Virus record (IMG/VR): IMGVR_UViG_3300010282_000006 | Span: 10,315 to 74,314 of that record | Strand: one strand, 5' to 3' | Length of the DNA stretch: 64,000 nucleotides | Source of the DNA: a virus | Lineage: Duplodnaviria; Heunggongvirae; Uroviricota; Caudoviricetes | Part shown: one piece after another, positions 9,252 to 18,426 of the stretch | How the letters are laid out: the number at the start of each line of letters is the position of its first letter | Numbering within the stretch: position 1 is the first letter of the stretch | The notes under the pieces: generated by a model | Databases searched by the model: none | Told to the model about the DNA's origin: nothing | Seen by the model: the letters and a program-made list of their open reading frames with translations, nothing else | Made by a program: the position numbers and the translations under genes

Positions 9252-11732
9252 TTACTGAACGTGAGACGCACACCCATGAGCAATATGGTTCACAAAGAAT
9301 GGGCTAATCATTAACCCGAACATGTAGCTCGACGCATCGGAGATGATCTGCACAAACTCCTTGGCCTCCTGCTCAGCGACCTCGCGCGGCTGCGGCGACA
9401 TTTTACAGTAACCGTCTAAAATATCAGGAAGCGCTTTTGCCAACTCCTCCGGTTTCTTCCTCGCTATCATGCGCCGCGTATTGTCCGCCGCGCTGCCGGA
9501 ATAACCACAGATTTGCTGTAGGAATTTGATGACGTCCTCCTGATAGACGAGATAGCCATAGTTGTCGGCAAGTAGCTCGTCGATGATCGCTGACGGATTC
9601 TTGTGCGGCTTGTGCTTCATCAGGTCGTCGCGGTACGACGCGCCAGACGGACGCAGCGCCGCCGTGATGAGGCTCATATCGAAGATCGAGTGCGGCTCGT
9701 ACTGCTTGAGCATGGAGAACGCGAAGTCTCCCTCAAACTGGAAGATCCCAACGGGGGAGCGGAGCATATCCTTCCAGACAGCCTCATCGTTCCAGTTGAT
9801 TTCATGCGATTTCGGGTACGGCGTCCCGATGAGCTTGTAGGCATCCTTGATGATCTCGACGTTTTTGAGTCCGAGGATGTCGTATTTGACAAGCCCCGCG
9901 TCGTGGACGCAATCCATGTCGATTTGCAGGATCTCCTTGCCATCCGAGAGGAACGTGCCATAGTTGTCGCGCAGCGTGATCGGGCTTGCGACGATGCCGG
10001 CTGGGTGCATGGACTGCGAGATCGCAACGTCAAGAAGACCGTCGTAGTAGTAGAAGACTTCGGGATACTTCTCGCGCGTCTTTTCCTCGTTCGCCTCGAA
10101 CTCATCCTTGATCTGCGTGGAGATCTTGCCGATCCACGGATTTTTCGCGGAAATGGCGTCGTTCTCTTTTTTCAGGCGTTCAAGCTCTTTCGACAACGCT
10201 TTTACGAGTTCATCATGCGGCGTTCCACTCATCTTCTCTGGAAAGATCAGTTCTCGTGTCTTTCTATCAAAGTAGTAAGCACCGGGACATCTGGCATCAC
10301 CAAACGAAACATCAACGCCGTTATCTTTCAGAGCAGAGATAATAGAGCGTAGCTCTTTAACAGGATGCAGATGCTCGTTGTCCCACCGGACGCTCAATCC
10401 GCGACAAATCTCGTCGATCGCGCCCTTGGACTTGATCGTGCCGATGGCGAGGATGTACGCCGTTTTCTCCTGCCCGAAGCGGTTGATGATGTACTCATAC
10501 ACCTTGTCGCGGTCAGACGGCGAGACGTCGATGTCGATGTCGCCGATCTCCTTGCGGTCTTCGTTTGCAAATCGGCTAAAGACCGTTTTCCACGTTTCGG
10601 GATTGAGGTCGGTCGTGTCGGTCAGAAACGCCACACGAGAACCGCCGCACGAACCACGATTAAAGCCGAGCGGAATGTCGTGCGTCTTGCACCACGTCGC
10701 AAGCTCGCTCATAAAGAGCATGAATCCAGACATCTCGATCTTGTCGAAGACGTGCATTTCGTCCTGAATCGCCGCGCAGAAAGGCGCTTCCTGCTCCTTA
10801 GTCACCGCGCAGGAAGAGAGCTTTTCCCGCAAGCCCTGTTCGATGCGCTCCATCAAAACGCTGCGATCGCGTTCGCCGTACAAAATCGGGTACTTGAAGC
10901 TCTTGTCGAGGTCGAACGCTTCCACGGAGTCCGCGATGACGTTTGTGTTCTCGATCGCCTCAGCCCAGAGCTTTTCCGGTATGGCATCCTGCGCGCGGAA
11001 CATCTTGCACAGCTCGTCGTAGCTCTTGTAGGTAAGGTCAAACGTGTCCTCATCCGCAAACTCGATGTGCTTGGCGAGCTGCATCATCGTGCGGCACTCC
11101 GCCTTGTACTTATCAAGGCTGTGTGTATCGGTGGTTGCCACCAGCGGGATGCCGTATTTCTGCGACATCTCCGCAAGGTGACGGTTGAACGCGATCTGGT
11201 CGGGATGGTTGTGCGGTTGGATTTCGAGATAGTCGTAGTGTTTTACCAACCGTTCATAAATCGGGTGCGTAATGGAAAGGCGATTGAGGGGCGAGGCAAG
11301 ACAGGCGCTCATCTTGATCACGTTGTCGGAGATTTTGAAGAACTCATCAAACGTAATGCGCGGCTTGTAGTAGAAGTGGTCTTCCGTGCTTGAGCGGCTG
11401 ACCAGCTCGTTGATCTCGCGCAGCCCATCCATATTCTTTGCAAGGAGAATCGTATGAAAATTGTCGCGGAGCTTGGACGATTCACCGGTGTGAGGATCTT
11501 TCCAGATGAGCTTTTCCGTCAGATAGACCTCAACACCATGAATGTACTTAATACCGGCCTTGTCGCAGGCGAGTTTTTTTGCAACCCATTGGTAAACATT
11601 TCCGTGCTCCGTGAACGCAATCGCTTTTTGCCCAAGCCCAACGGCGTGCGCGATATAGTCCTGAAACTTTGTCGCGCTGTCAAGAAGCGAAAGCTCGCTG
11701 TGCAGATGAAGCGTGGTGTAGTTGTTGTTCAT
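9252..11732 (-). CDS. dnaE: DNA polymerase III alpha (DnaE-type) N-terminal segment: PHP domain and polymerase core
   Basis: 826 aa; PHP motif HLHSELSLLDS..AFTEHGNV; ORF ends in a stop at the position of the conserved FNKSH region. Confidence 0.8.
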   Translation of the reverse strand: MNNNYTTLHLHSELSLLDSATKFQDYIAHAVGLGQKAIAFTEHGNVYQWVAKKLACDKAGIKYIHGVEVYLTEKLIWKDPHTGESSKLRDNFHTILLAKNMDGLREINELVSRSSTEDHFYYKPRITFDEFFKISDNVIKMSACLASPLNRLSITHPIYERLVKHYDYLEIQPHNHPDQIAFNRHLAEMSQKYGIPLVATTDTHSLDKYKAECRTMMQLAKHIEFADEDTFDLTYKSYDELCKMFRAQDAIPEKLWAEAIENTNVIADSVEAFDLDKSFKYPILYGERDRSVLMERIEQGLREKLSSCAVTKEQEAPFCAAIQDEMHVFDKIEMSGFMLFMSELATWCKTHDIPLGFNRGSCGGSRVAFLTDTTDLNPETWKTVFSRFANEDRKEIGDIDIDVSPSDRDKVYEYIINRFGQEKTAYILAIGTIKSKGAIDEICRGLSVRWDNEHLHPVKELRSIISALKDNGVDVSFGDARCPGAYYFDRKTRELIFPEKMSGTPHDELVKALSKELERLKKENDAISAKNPWIGKISTQIKDEFEANEEKTREKYPEVFYYYDGLLDVAISQSMHPAGIVASPITLRDNYGTFLSDGKEILQIDMDCVHDAGLVKYDILGLKNVEIIKDAYKLIGTPYPKSHEINWNDEAVWKDMLRSPVGIFQFEGDFAFSMLKQYEPHSIFDMSLITAALRPSGASYRDDLMKHKPHKNPSAIIDELLADNYGYLVYQEDVIKFLQQICGYSGSAADNTRRMIARKKPEELAKALPDILDGYCKMSPQPREVAEQEAKEFVQIISDASSYMFGLMISPFFVNHIAHGCASHVQ

Positions 11733-11822
11733 TGAAAACCTTCTTTCGTTGGCTCCTCAAGAGACATGCCCGTGCAAAAGATACGGCGCTCTTTCTTGGA
11801 GCGTAATAAGTTGTTGACACAC

Positions 11823-13754
11823 CTATCCGGTTCTTCCGAAAACCTCATCCTCGTCGCCCTGCTCGGTGAGTTGCGGCGGCGGATAGGGGAGGGAAGTCGT
11901 GTACTTCGTCTTGTCCCACCCGTACTGATAGTCCAGCTCCTCTTCGGTGGAGAAGAAGCGCTTGGACGGGCGATCGTAGAACACTTCGATACTGCGTCCC
12001 TCGTATCCGTTCAGACGGTCTTTGAGAATGTCGATCACAACGTCGCCCTTGAGCGGCTTCGACGCCATCCGGTCGCGCTCTTGCACACGGTAGAGTGAGA
12101 TGATACGGTGCGCGAGGTCGATGATCGCAGAGATACCCTGCACGTCCATCTTGCTCAGACGACGCATCGCCTCGATCTTGTGCGGATGCACAACGAGGAT
12201 TACAACGACGTTGAACTTTACCGCAAAAGCAATGAGATCCATCACAAGCTCCGCCTGCTTGTCGTACTTGTTGTCATCGTTGCTTTCAAGGTTCATAGCT
12301 GTCATGTTGTCGAGGATCAGCAGCTTGACGCCGTACTTTCGCACAGAATCCTCCATCGACTGAAGGATATCCGTTTTCTTGTTTGACTCACCATCCTTAC
12401 GGATGAATAGCTTGCCGCGATAGTATTCGCTGATTGCGCGCTTGGCCTCCGGCTTGATTTTGTAGTACGGCGAACCGTCAAAATCCTTCTGCTCGACATT
12501 GCGCTGACCGGCGAAAATGTAGTTGATCCAGTTCTTTGCCTGAAAGTTTGGCAACTCTCCGGAAAACAAGTAGGCGTTTTCGCCGCGATCGAGACATCGG
12601 CAAATGACCTGATTGAGAAAGGATGACTTACCACTGCCGTTGATTCCCGTCACGATGTTCAGCGTGCCGTAAAACAGCCGCATGAGATAGCGGTCAAGCT
12701 CCGGAAGCCCCGTCTTGATGCCATCCATCGCGTCAAGATCAAGGTCTTCGATGTCGGCAAAGTCAACGACGCCGGGAACAGGGGAGTCCTTGGCGTCCAG
12801 AATGATACGGAGGACTTCCTCCTTGCCGAAGTAATACAGAACCTCGTTCAGGTCTTTGATTGGCGTTTTCTTGCCCTTCGGCGAGACATACCACCGAGGA
12901 ACCTCGACGACCTTTGTGCGCCAGCTTCCAAGACGATATATGCACTCTTTCTGCATCTTCAGGCCGGCCTCGTCGTTGTCGGAACAGACAATGATGGAGT
13001 CAAACTGCTCCAGCCAGTCCCAATTTTCCTCGATCCAGTGGAAGTTGCCGCTTCCGAGCGGGACGGAAACCGCGTTGGTGAAGCCAGCCTCGATTGCCGA
13101 AAGGCAGTCCGGCTCGCCCTCGCAGATAAGGAGAGGCACGGTCGTGTTGATACGGTTCATGTTCCACAGCAACGGCGTCGTGTCTGCATCCTTCTGACAC
13201 CAGCATTTGTTTTCGCCGTGCTCAACTTTTCTGGACGGCCTGTATTTGACCATCGTGAGGACGTCGTTGGTATCGTAGTAGTTCCAGACGATGTTCCCCT
13301 TCTCGTCTTGCCGCACGTCACAGTAGTCCAGCGTTTTCGGGCTGATTTTCCGTAGCTTGAAATACTCATAGACCTTTGACTTGTCATCGCAGACAACCTC
13401 TTTCGGATAGCGATACTGCCGACGTGTCTTCACACCAAGCTCGCCAAAAGAATACGGCATTTCCGCCCGTTCAAAGAGCCTGCGGCACGCCTCGGCGTAC
13501 GTTGCGCCCTTATACATCAGCACGTCCAGCAGATCGTAGCTTCTTTGGCACGCGCCGAAGCATCGGAAGTTGTACCCCTTCTTGTTGTAGATAAACGACG
13601 GATGATCCTCTTGATGGAACGGGCAGCAGCACTTCATGTCGCGCTCGTCGTAGTCCTGAATGTCCAGCTCCTCCACGATCAGGCGGGCATTTTCGTCGCC
13701 GAGTTTTTCCTTCGCCTGCATGATCGCGTCTCTGTCAATCTGCAAGGCGACCAC
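11823..13754 (-). CDS. bifunctional DNA primase/helicase (T7 gp4-like)
   Basis: 643 aa; zinc-binding CCCPFHQEDHPS, Toprim LLICEGEPD, DnaB-like Walker A GINGSGKSSF. Confidence 0.85.
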   Translation of the reverse strand: MVALQIDRDAIMQAKEKLGDENARLIVEELDIQDYDERDMKCCCPFHQEDHPSFIYNKKGYNFRCFGACQRSYDLLDVLMYKGATYAEACRRLFERAEMPYSFGELGVKTRRQYRYPKEVVCDDKSKVYEYFKLRKISPKTLDYCDVRQDEKGNIVWNYYDTNDVLTMVKYRPSRKVEHGENKCWCQKDADTTPLLWNMNRINTTVPLLICEGEPDCLSAIEAGFTNAVSVPLGSGNFHWIEENWDWLEQFDSIIVCSDNDEAGLKMQKECIYRLGSWRTKVVEVPRWYVSPKGKKTPIKDLNEVLYYFGKEEVLRIILDAKDSPVPGVVDFADIEDLDLDAMDGIKTGLPELDRYLMRLFYGTLNIVTGINGSGKSSFLNQVICRCLDRGENAYLFSGELPNFQAKNWINYIFAGQRNVEQKDFDGSPYYKIKPEAKRAISEYYRGKLFIRKDGESNKKTDILQSMEDSVRKYGVKLLILDNMTAMNLESNDDNKYDKQAELVMDLIAFAVKFNVVVILVVHPHKIEAMRRLSKMDVQGISAIIDLAHRIISLYRVQERDRMASKPLKGDVVIDILKDRLNGYEGRSIEVFYDRPSKRFFSTEEELDYQYGWDKTKYTTSLPYPPPQLTEQGDEDEVFGRTG

Positions 13755-13763
13755 CTCCTTTAA

Positions 13764-14534
13764 TCAAAGCAGCTCTTCATATTCGCACTCGGCGCTCGTA
13801 TCACACAGGTGCTTGCAGTACCAGAAATCAAGAGCCGGCAGCCACTCGTCCGTCCGTGTGATCTCGTCGATTCTGCTTGCCGCCCACGCCTCAACCTCCT
13901 GCAACCGCTCTTTTTTGAACGGTTCCGTAATCCATACGCCATTTCGGAAGCAGTTGAACTCCAGATAATCCGGGTAACGTCCGTAAAGCTGGTGGACTGC
14001 GTGCGCATAGAGGTAGAGCTGCCGCAGGTATTGATCCAGCTCCAAATCCGACGCAGTAGGCTTTGCACGATTGCTGCGCGGTTTCAGCGCGCGGGATTTG
14101 TGGTCGGTCAGATAGAGCGTTCCGACGCTATCTTCAGACAGCAGATCGAGGAAGCCGACAAATGGATGAGCGGCAAACTCAAAGTGCATCTCCTGCTCGA
14201 CCTTGAGGATCTTTCGCTCTGGGAACGACAGCACTTTGAGGTACTGCCGTCCCTGCTCGAAATATGCGTCGTAGATCTTCTGGCTCGGCGGCCTCCCCGT
14301 TACTTCATCGCGAAAGTGCATCAGGTAATACGCCACCAGCTCATTTCGCGCAAGTTCGCCGGAAAAGTACCGACGTAAGATGTCGTGCATAAATTTTCCA
14401 TACTGCGCAAAGAACTTCGATTGCGTATCGACGTTGTAGATGTACTTCTGCATCCAACAGTAGGGGCAATCCTCAAACAGGGTGATGCGAGAATAGCTCC
14501 ACTCCATCTGATCAATCAAAAGATCGTATCGCAT
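13764..14534 (-). CDS. PD-(D/E)XK nuclease with Cas4/RecB-like Fe-S cysteine motif
   Basis: 256 aa; N-terminal DCPYC and C-terminal CKHLCDTSAEC cysteines around a PD-(D/E)XK-like core. Confidence 0.65.
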   Translation of the reverse strand: MRYDLLIDQMEWSYSRITLFEDCPYCWMQKYIYNVDTQSKFFAQYGKFMHDILRRYFSGELARNELVAYYLMHFRDEVTGRPPSQKIYDAYFEQGRQYLKVLSFPERKILKVEQEMHFEFAAHPFVGFLDLLSEDSVGTLYLTDHKSRALKPRSNRAKPTASDLELDQYLRQLYLYAHAVHQLYGRYPDYLEFNCFRNGVWITEPFKKERLQEVEAWAASRIDEITRTDEWLPALDFWYCKHLCDTSAECEYEELL

Positions 14535-14543
14535 AAGACCTCC

Positions 14544-14990
14544 TTAGAAGGGGAGATCTTCTTCGCCATCTTCGCCGTCGTCCTTGGCAGGTTCTTCTTT
14601 CTTCTTGGACTTCACACTCGACTTGGACGACTTCTTGGCGGGCTTGGGAGCCTCTTCCTCCTCGTCGTCGGACGCTCCGGCGTCATTCCTGCCGCCGCAG
14701 AACTCCACGCGATCCGCCTTGACCTCCCACGCGATGCGGTTGTTGCCGTCCTTGTCCTTCCATTTGCGGCTCTGAAGGACGCCCTCGATGAGGATTTCGC
14801 GCCCCTTGATAAAATACTTGCTTACGAACTCAGCGGTCTGCTGCCAGAACACGCAGTCGATGAAGTCCGCCTCGTCCTTCGCATACGGACGATCCACCGC
14901 CACGCTTGCGTTGCAAACGGCCGTGCCGCTCTCAGTGCGACGCAGCTCCGGATCGCGTACAAGCCTGCCTTTGATGATGATTCTGTTCAT
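14544..14990 (-). CDS. ssb: single-stranded DNA-binding protein
   Basis: 148 aa OB-fold sequence with acidic C-terminal tail ending DLPF. Confidence 0.9.
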   Translation of the reverse strand: MNRIIIKGRLVRDPELRRTESGTAVCNASVAVDRPYAKDEADFIDCVFWQQTAEFVSKYFIKGREILIEGVLQSRKWKDKDGNNRIAWEVKADRVEFCGGRNDAGASDDEEEEAPKPAKKSSKSSVKSKKKEEPAKDDGEDGEEDLPF

Positions 14991-15745
14991 TCCTCGTTAC
15001 CTCCGATGAATTTTTTGATGGCCTCAAAGAGGTCGGTCGCAGTCTTCATATCCTTCAGATTGCGATAATCGCCGCTGGGCTTACCCTTGCCGTCCTTGAC
15101 GTACTTGCGAATGACCTCGGCGAGATCAGCGCGCGCCTTCTTCGACTCTGCCTCGTCCGTGATGTTCTTGAGATAATTGGAGACAACCGCTCCGATTTCG
15201 TCGATCATGCCGTCAACGAGCTTCTGCTCCTCCTGCTGCGCCGCCTCCTGCTTCTTGGAGCGCCAGTTGTCCGGATCGTCGTCTGGCGTCGCGACCTGAA
15301 AGAATTTGAGTAGAAAGTAGCGGTTGAGATAGCTCAGACCGGAGCCGACTGCCTGCGAAGCGTCGCTCTGCTGACCAACCAACGTCCAAGGCACCTCCAG
15401 CGTGTCAGTGGCGTTGTCGAGGTTGACCCAAGTAAAGGTCATGTCGGAATTGACAAGGATCTCGTTGACCTTCTCCTCCACGGTTCCGCCGCCCTTAACG
15501 CCCTTGACCTTCGTATAGCTGTAGGGCGTGACCTGCATCGTTTGCGGGACGATTCCGGGGTAGAGAAGGACATGGTACTTGTCCATGCCCGCCGTTACCT
15601 TGGCGAGGATCTCGTCCTCAGAGACGTACTTATAGTTGTAGCCTGCCTTGTTTTTTCGGATGACTTCAACCATCTTGCGGATGCCGGCGAGCTTCTGATA
15701 AATGCTCATTTCCTCGACGGCAAGCTCTTTCTTCTCATTTGCCAT
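14987..15745 (-). CDS. erf: ERF-family single-strand annealing protein
   Basis: 252 aa; GYNYKYVSEDEIL and GSGLSYLNRYFL segments match the conserved ERF core (compared from memory with P22 Erf). Confidence 0.75.
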   Translation of the reverse strand: MANEKKELAVEEMSIYQKLAGIRKMVEVIRKNKAGYNYKYVSEDEILAKVTAGMDKYHVLLYPGIVPQTMQVTPYSYTKVKGVKGGGTVEEKVNEILVNSDMTFTWVNLDNATDTLEVPWTLVGQQSDASQAVGSGLSYLNRYFLLKFFQVATPDDDPDNWRSKKQEAAQQEEQKLVDGMIDEIGAVVSNYLKNITDEAESKKARADLAEVIRKYVKDGKGKPSGDYRNLKDMKTATDLFEAIKKFIGGNEE

Positions 15746-15780
15746 ATATAAGCCTCCTGATATAAATTATTGGCGCGCTA

Positions 15781-16050
15781 TCAATCATCAAGCGCCCGCA
15801 GTACAAAGCAGGCGTCGCAATAGCGTTTCCTGTCGTGTTCGATTTGGACGTAATCGCCCTTAATCGCTTCGCCGCAGCCGTCGCACACGATCGTTCTCAC
15901 ATAGGCTCCGCCACAAAACGGGCAGCATGTCGATGTCTCGTAAGGAGGCGAGTGAAACCCGTGACGCTCTACGATGGTTTGCGGATCGTCGAACAGCTCT
16001 CCGCAGTCCAAGCAAGTGTATGTCGGCATCATGCTCCGACCGCTTTCCAA
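15781..16050 (-). CDS. small Cys-rich zinc-ribbon protein
   Basis: 89 aa with CLDCG..CCPFCGG..CDGCG..CDAC. Confidence 0.4.
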   Translation of the reverse strand: MESGRSMMPTYTCLDCGELFDDPQTIVERHGFHSPPYETSTCCPFCGGAYVRTIVCDGCGEAIKGDYVQIEHDRKRYCDACFVLRALDD

Positions 16051-16340
16051 ACCGTCGTATTGCGCATCGTTGTCGGGCTGCGCCGACGACCAACAGCCTT
16101 AACAATGCCGTCGTCGCGCATTTCGGTTAGGCGGGGCTTGACATAGTTTCGATCGGTGGATGGGATCGTTCCGTTTTTACACAGAACGTCGGTAATCTCC
16201 TCGGCGGTCATGCCATTTGGATCGCCGTTTTTCATCACCGCGAGGATGTTGTTTTTGCGGTTTATGCGCGCAGGCTTCACCGCATTAAATGCTTCACGTC
16301 GATTTTTGAGAGGGATGCTCAATTCGTTCGCTCCTTTCAA
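16029..16340 (-). CDS. hypothetical protein
   Basis: 103 aa ORF in operon. Confidence 0.35.
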   Translation of the reverse strand: MKGANELSIPLKNRREAFNAVKPARINRKNNILAVMKNGDPNGMTAEEITDVLCKNGTIPSTDRNYVKPRLTEMRDDGIVKAVGRRRSPTTMRNTTVWKAVGA

Positions 16341-16501
16341 TGATACAAACTCCGGTTTCTTGCGCAGTGATCGTCGGGCATATCATTCCGCCGCCCTGCA
16401 CTCTGCCGCGCCGCGTTTTACTGTTGGGATAGGACAGGTCGACAGCCCCCACGACACACTCGATAAATCCTTGCTTGGTGGCCTGCTTGATCTTTACCGT
16501 C

Positions 16502-17203
16502 TCAATACGCCATCACTCCTTTTGCGGGACACTGTACCATCCGGTCTTCGCACCCCCCCCCGCCTGCCTCTGCCTTGAGCGCGCGGGAGATTCCAGAACT
16601 GTCGTAGATGCGGTTTGCGTCGCCGTTGTAGTTGTTGATGTACCCGATCTGACGAAGCTCGGCGACGTCCGCCAACTCTCCGGTCATTTTTCTGCCATTC
16701 GTCGGATCAAGCCGCGTCAGCGCGGCCTCAAACGCTCCGATACCGGAGAAAAATGAACCGACCGTCATGTCTTCGAACAAATACGGCATCGCATCGTAGA
16801 GATTCGCCATGATCTGCTCAAGAACATCGACAACAATGCTGTTACCGGCCTGCTTGTAGAGCTGACTGCCGCATTTGTCCTTGCCGTGGTAAATCTTATC
16901 GTTCATAGCGTTCCTCGCTCTGTCAAACTGATCATCGAAGAAGCCCATCAAACGCCAGCACTCACGCTGCGTCAATTTGCGCACGCGAAAACCTGTGCGC
17001 TTTGCAATGCTTTCCATAGATCCCCTCTCTGTGTCATCCAGTTCACAAAAGCTCACCAGAACATTGTCCTTCTGCACGCCTGTCAGGGTGTTGGTAAAAT
17101 CGTCTCGGCGCAATTCGAGCCGTTGGATAATACCCCCCCCATCATCGTATCTGCCGCGTATTGCGGCTGGGAAGATCTGACTGTGGTATTCCATCCGTCT
17201 CAA
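16502..17203 (-). CDS. C5-cytosine DNA methyltransferase module: TRD-like segment, motif IX (RKLTQRECWRLMGF), motif X (QAGNSIVV) and then motif I (FFSGIGAFEAAL) at the C-terminal side; ORF-track start is TTG
   Basis: motif order read directly from translation; two G8/G9 tracts inside (17133-17140, 16553-16561). Confidence 0.6.
   Translation of the reverse strand: MRRMEYHSQIFPAAIRGRYDDGGGIIQRLELRRDDFTNTLTGVQKDNVLVSFCELDDTERGSMESIAKRTGFRVRKLTQRECWRLMGFFDDQFDRARNAMNDKIYHGKDKCGSQLYKQAGNSIVVDVLEQIMANLYDAMPYLFEDMTVGSFFSGIGAFEAALTRLDPTNGRKMTGELADVAELRQIGYINNYNGDANRIYDSSGISRALKAEAGGGGCEDRMVQCPAKGVMAY
16553..16561 (-). repeat. G9 homopolymer (coding strand) in C5-methyltransferase module
   Basis: counted in sequence. 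Confidence 0.9.
17133..17140 (-). repeat. G8 homopolymer (coding strand) in C5-methyltransferase module
   Basis: counted in sequence. Confidence 0.9.
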
Positions 17204-17392
17204 TCACTCCTGTCATCTGCTGATTTCCAAACCCCTTATAATCTCTCGCAAGGAGAGCCAAGGATACATCCGAATATCCTTCAAACCGCTCGCCCTTGTT
17301 GCTGAGTCTTGCGCCCGCCTTCGACGGAGAGCAAGTCCCAAGTGTGGCGGTCGATTGAACCGCGCCCTCCCGAACGGACGGTGTGGCTGATG

Positions 17393-18088
17393 TTACGGAG
17401 CGGTGGGGGGGGCGAAGCTGTCAGATGAAATCATCTCGGCGACCTTTTCGTCGGAGAGATAGTATTTCTCGTCAACGTCGTCCTCCAGCAAATCGCCCAA
17501 AGCGACTTTGAGCGGAACGGGATCGGGGAATTTGAACTTGCCGTTGTCCAGATCGCTTCGGACAATGACGCAGTAGACGCGCTCGCGGTTCTGCGGGATG
17601 CCATAGTTCTTCGCGTTGAGAACCTGCCAATAGACGTTGTAGCCGTACTCTTCCAGTTCCTTGACGAACATATCGAAGGTGTCGCGGAAGCGTGCGCCGG
17701 TGATATTCTTGACGTTCTCATAGATTGCGAAACGCGGCTTTTTCTCGCGCAAAAAGCGGAGCCATTCTACCAAGAGAGAAGAGCGGGTTTTCTCGATCTT
17801 CGTTGAGCCGCACTTCGGGCATTTGTCGCGCTGTGCGTAATGCGCTTCTAACGGGTTATAGGTGTGACCGCAGTTTTTACAAGTCCACGCAGCCCCCCCC
17901 TGCTTGCCCGCGATAGAAAAATCCTGACAAGGTGAACCGCCGAACATGGTGTTAAAATCAGGGACAACCTTTTCGTCCGCCTTGGTGATGTCACCAATAT
18001 TCAGAACCGGATCGACGCCGTGAATGGCGGCGTAACTCGTTGCGGCGTACTTGTCGAACTCGCAAAATAGGGCAGTTTTGTATTGCAT
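17393..18088 (-). CDS. C5-cytosine DNA methyltransferase catalytic core, motifs II-VIII (FCEFDKYA, GGSPCQDFS, ENV, QNRERV), lacking motif I, with an inserted CxxC..CxxC zinc ribbon
   Basis: 231 aa; RBS-preceded ATG directly after the upstream stop, so motif I is truly absent from the N-terminus; two 8-nt G/C tracts inside. Confidence 0.7.
   Translation of the reverse strand: MQYKTALFCEFDKYAATSYAAIHGVDPVLNIGDITKADEKVVPDFNTMFGGSPCQDFSIAGKQGGAAWTCKNCGHTYNPLEAHYAQRDKCPKCGSTKIEKTRSSLLVEWLRFLREKKPRFAIYENVKNITGARFRDTFDMFVKELEEYGYNVYWQVLNAKNYGIPQNRERVYCVIVRSDLDNGKFKFPDPVPLKVALGDLLEDDVDEKYYLSDEKVAEMISSDSFAPPTAP
17405..17412 (-). repeat. C8 homopolymer (coding strand) three codons before the stop of the C5-methyltransferase core ORF
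   Basis: counted in sequence. Confidence 0.9.
17893..17900 (-). repeat. G8 homopolymer (coding strand) in C5-methyltransferase core ORF
   Basis: counted in sequence. Confidence 0.9.
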
Positions 18089-18105
18089 GTAGATATCTCC
18101 TTAGA

Positions 18106-18426
18106 TCAGCTTTTCGTGATCGAGTTAATCGCTCTCTGCGCAGCACCAACGCCGTTGTCGCGGTCGTACAGCCGTTCATCAATCTCGTCGTCAGAATCCA
18201 ATGACACTTTCATAACTCTGCCTTTCAGATAGTCAAAGTACAGCATAGCGCCTTTTGATCTCATATCATCCAAAATAGCAGCCGCTTCACCCTCCGTCAT
18301 ATCGGCAGGGTCATATTGCAGGAATCCCATACCCTGCGGATGAGAGTGGTTATAGAGCGAAGCCAATACTGCAGCCTTGCTCAAACCTTTAATCAGAACC
18401 ATAGTTACCTCTCTTTCAAAGCACAC
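18106..18426 (-). CDS. hypothetical protein
   Basis: 106 aa. Confidence 0.4.
   Translation of the reverse strand: MCFEREVTMVLIKGLSKAAVLASLYNHSHPQGMGFLQYDPADMTEGEAAAILDDMRSKGAMLYFDYLKGRVMKVSLDSDDEIDERLYDRDNGVGAAQRAINSITKS

Noticed and set aside
9603-11393. Long plus-strand ORFs (for example 9603..10352, 10365..11393, 20876..21778, 24077..25615, 42596..43681) antisense to well-supported minus-strand genes
   Set aside because: They are GC-rich antisense artefacts. Each lies fully inside a minus-strand gene with recognisable motifs, and none has an RBS or conserved motif.
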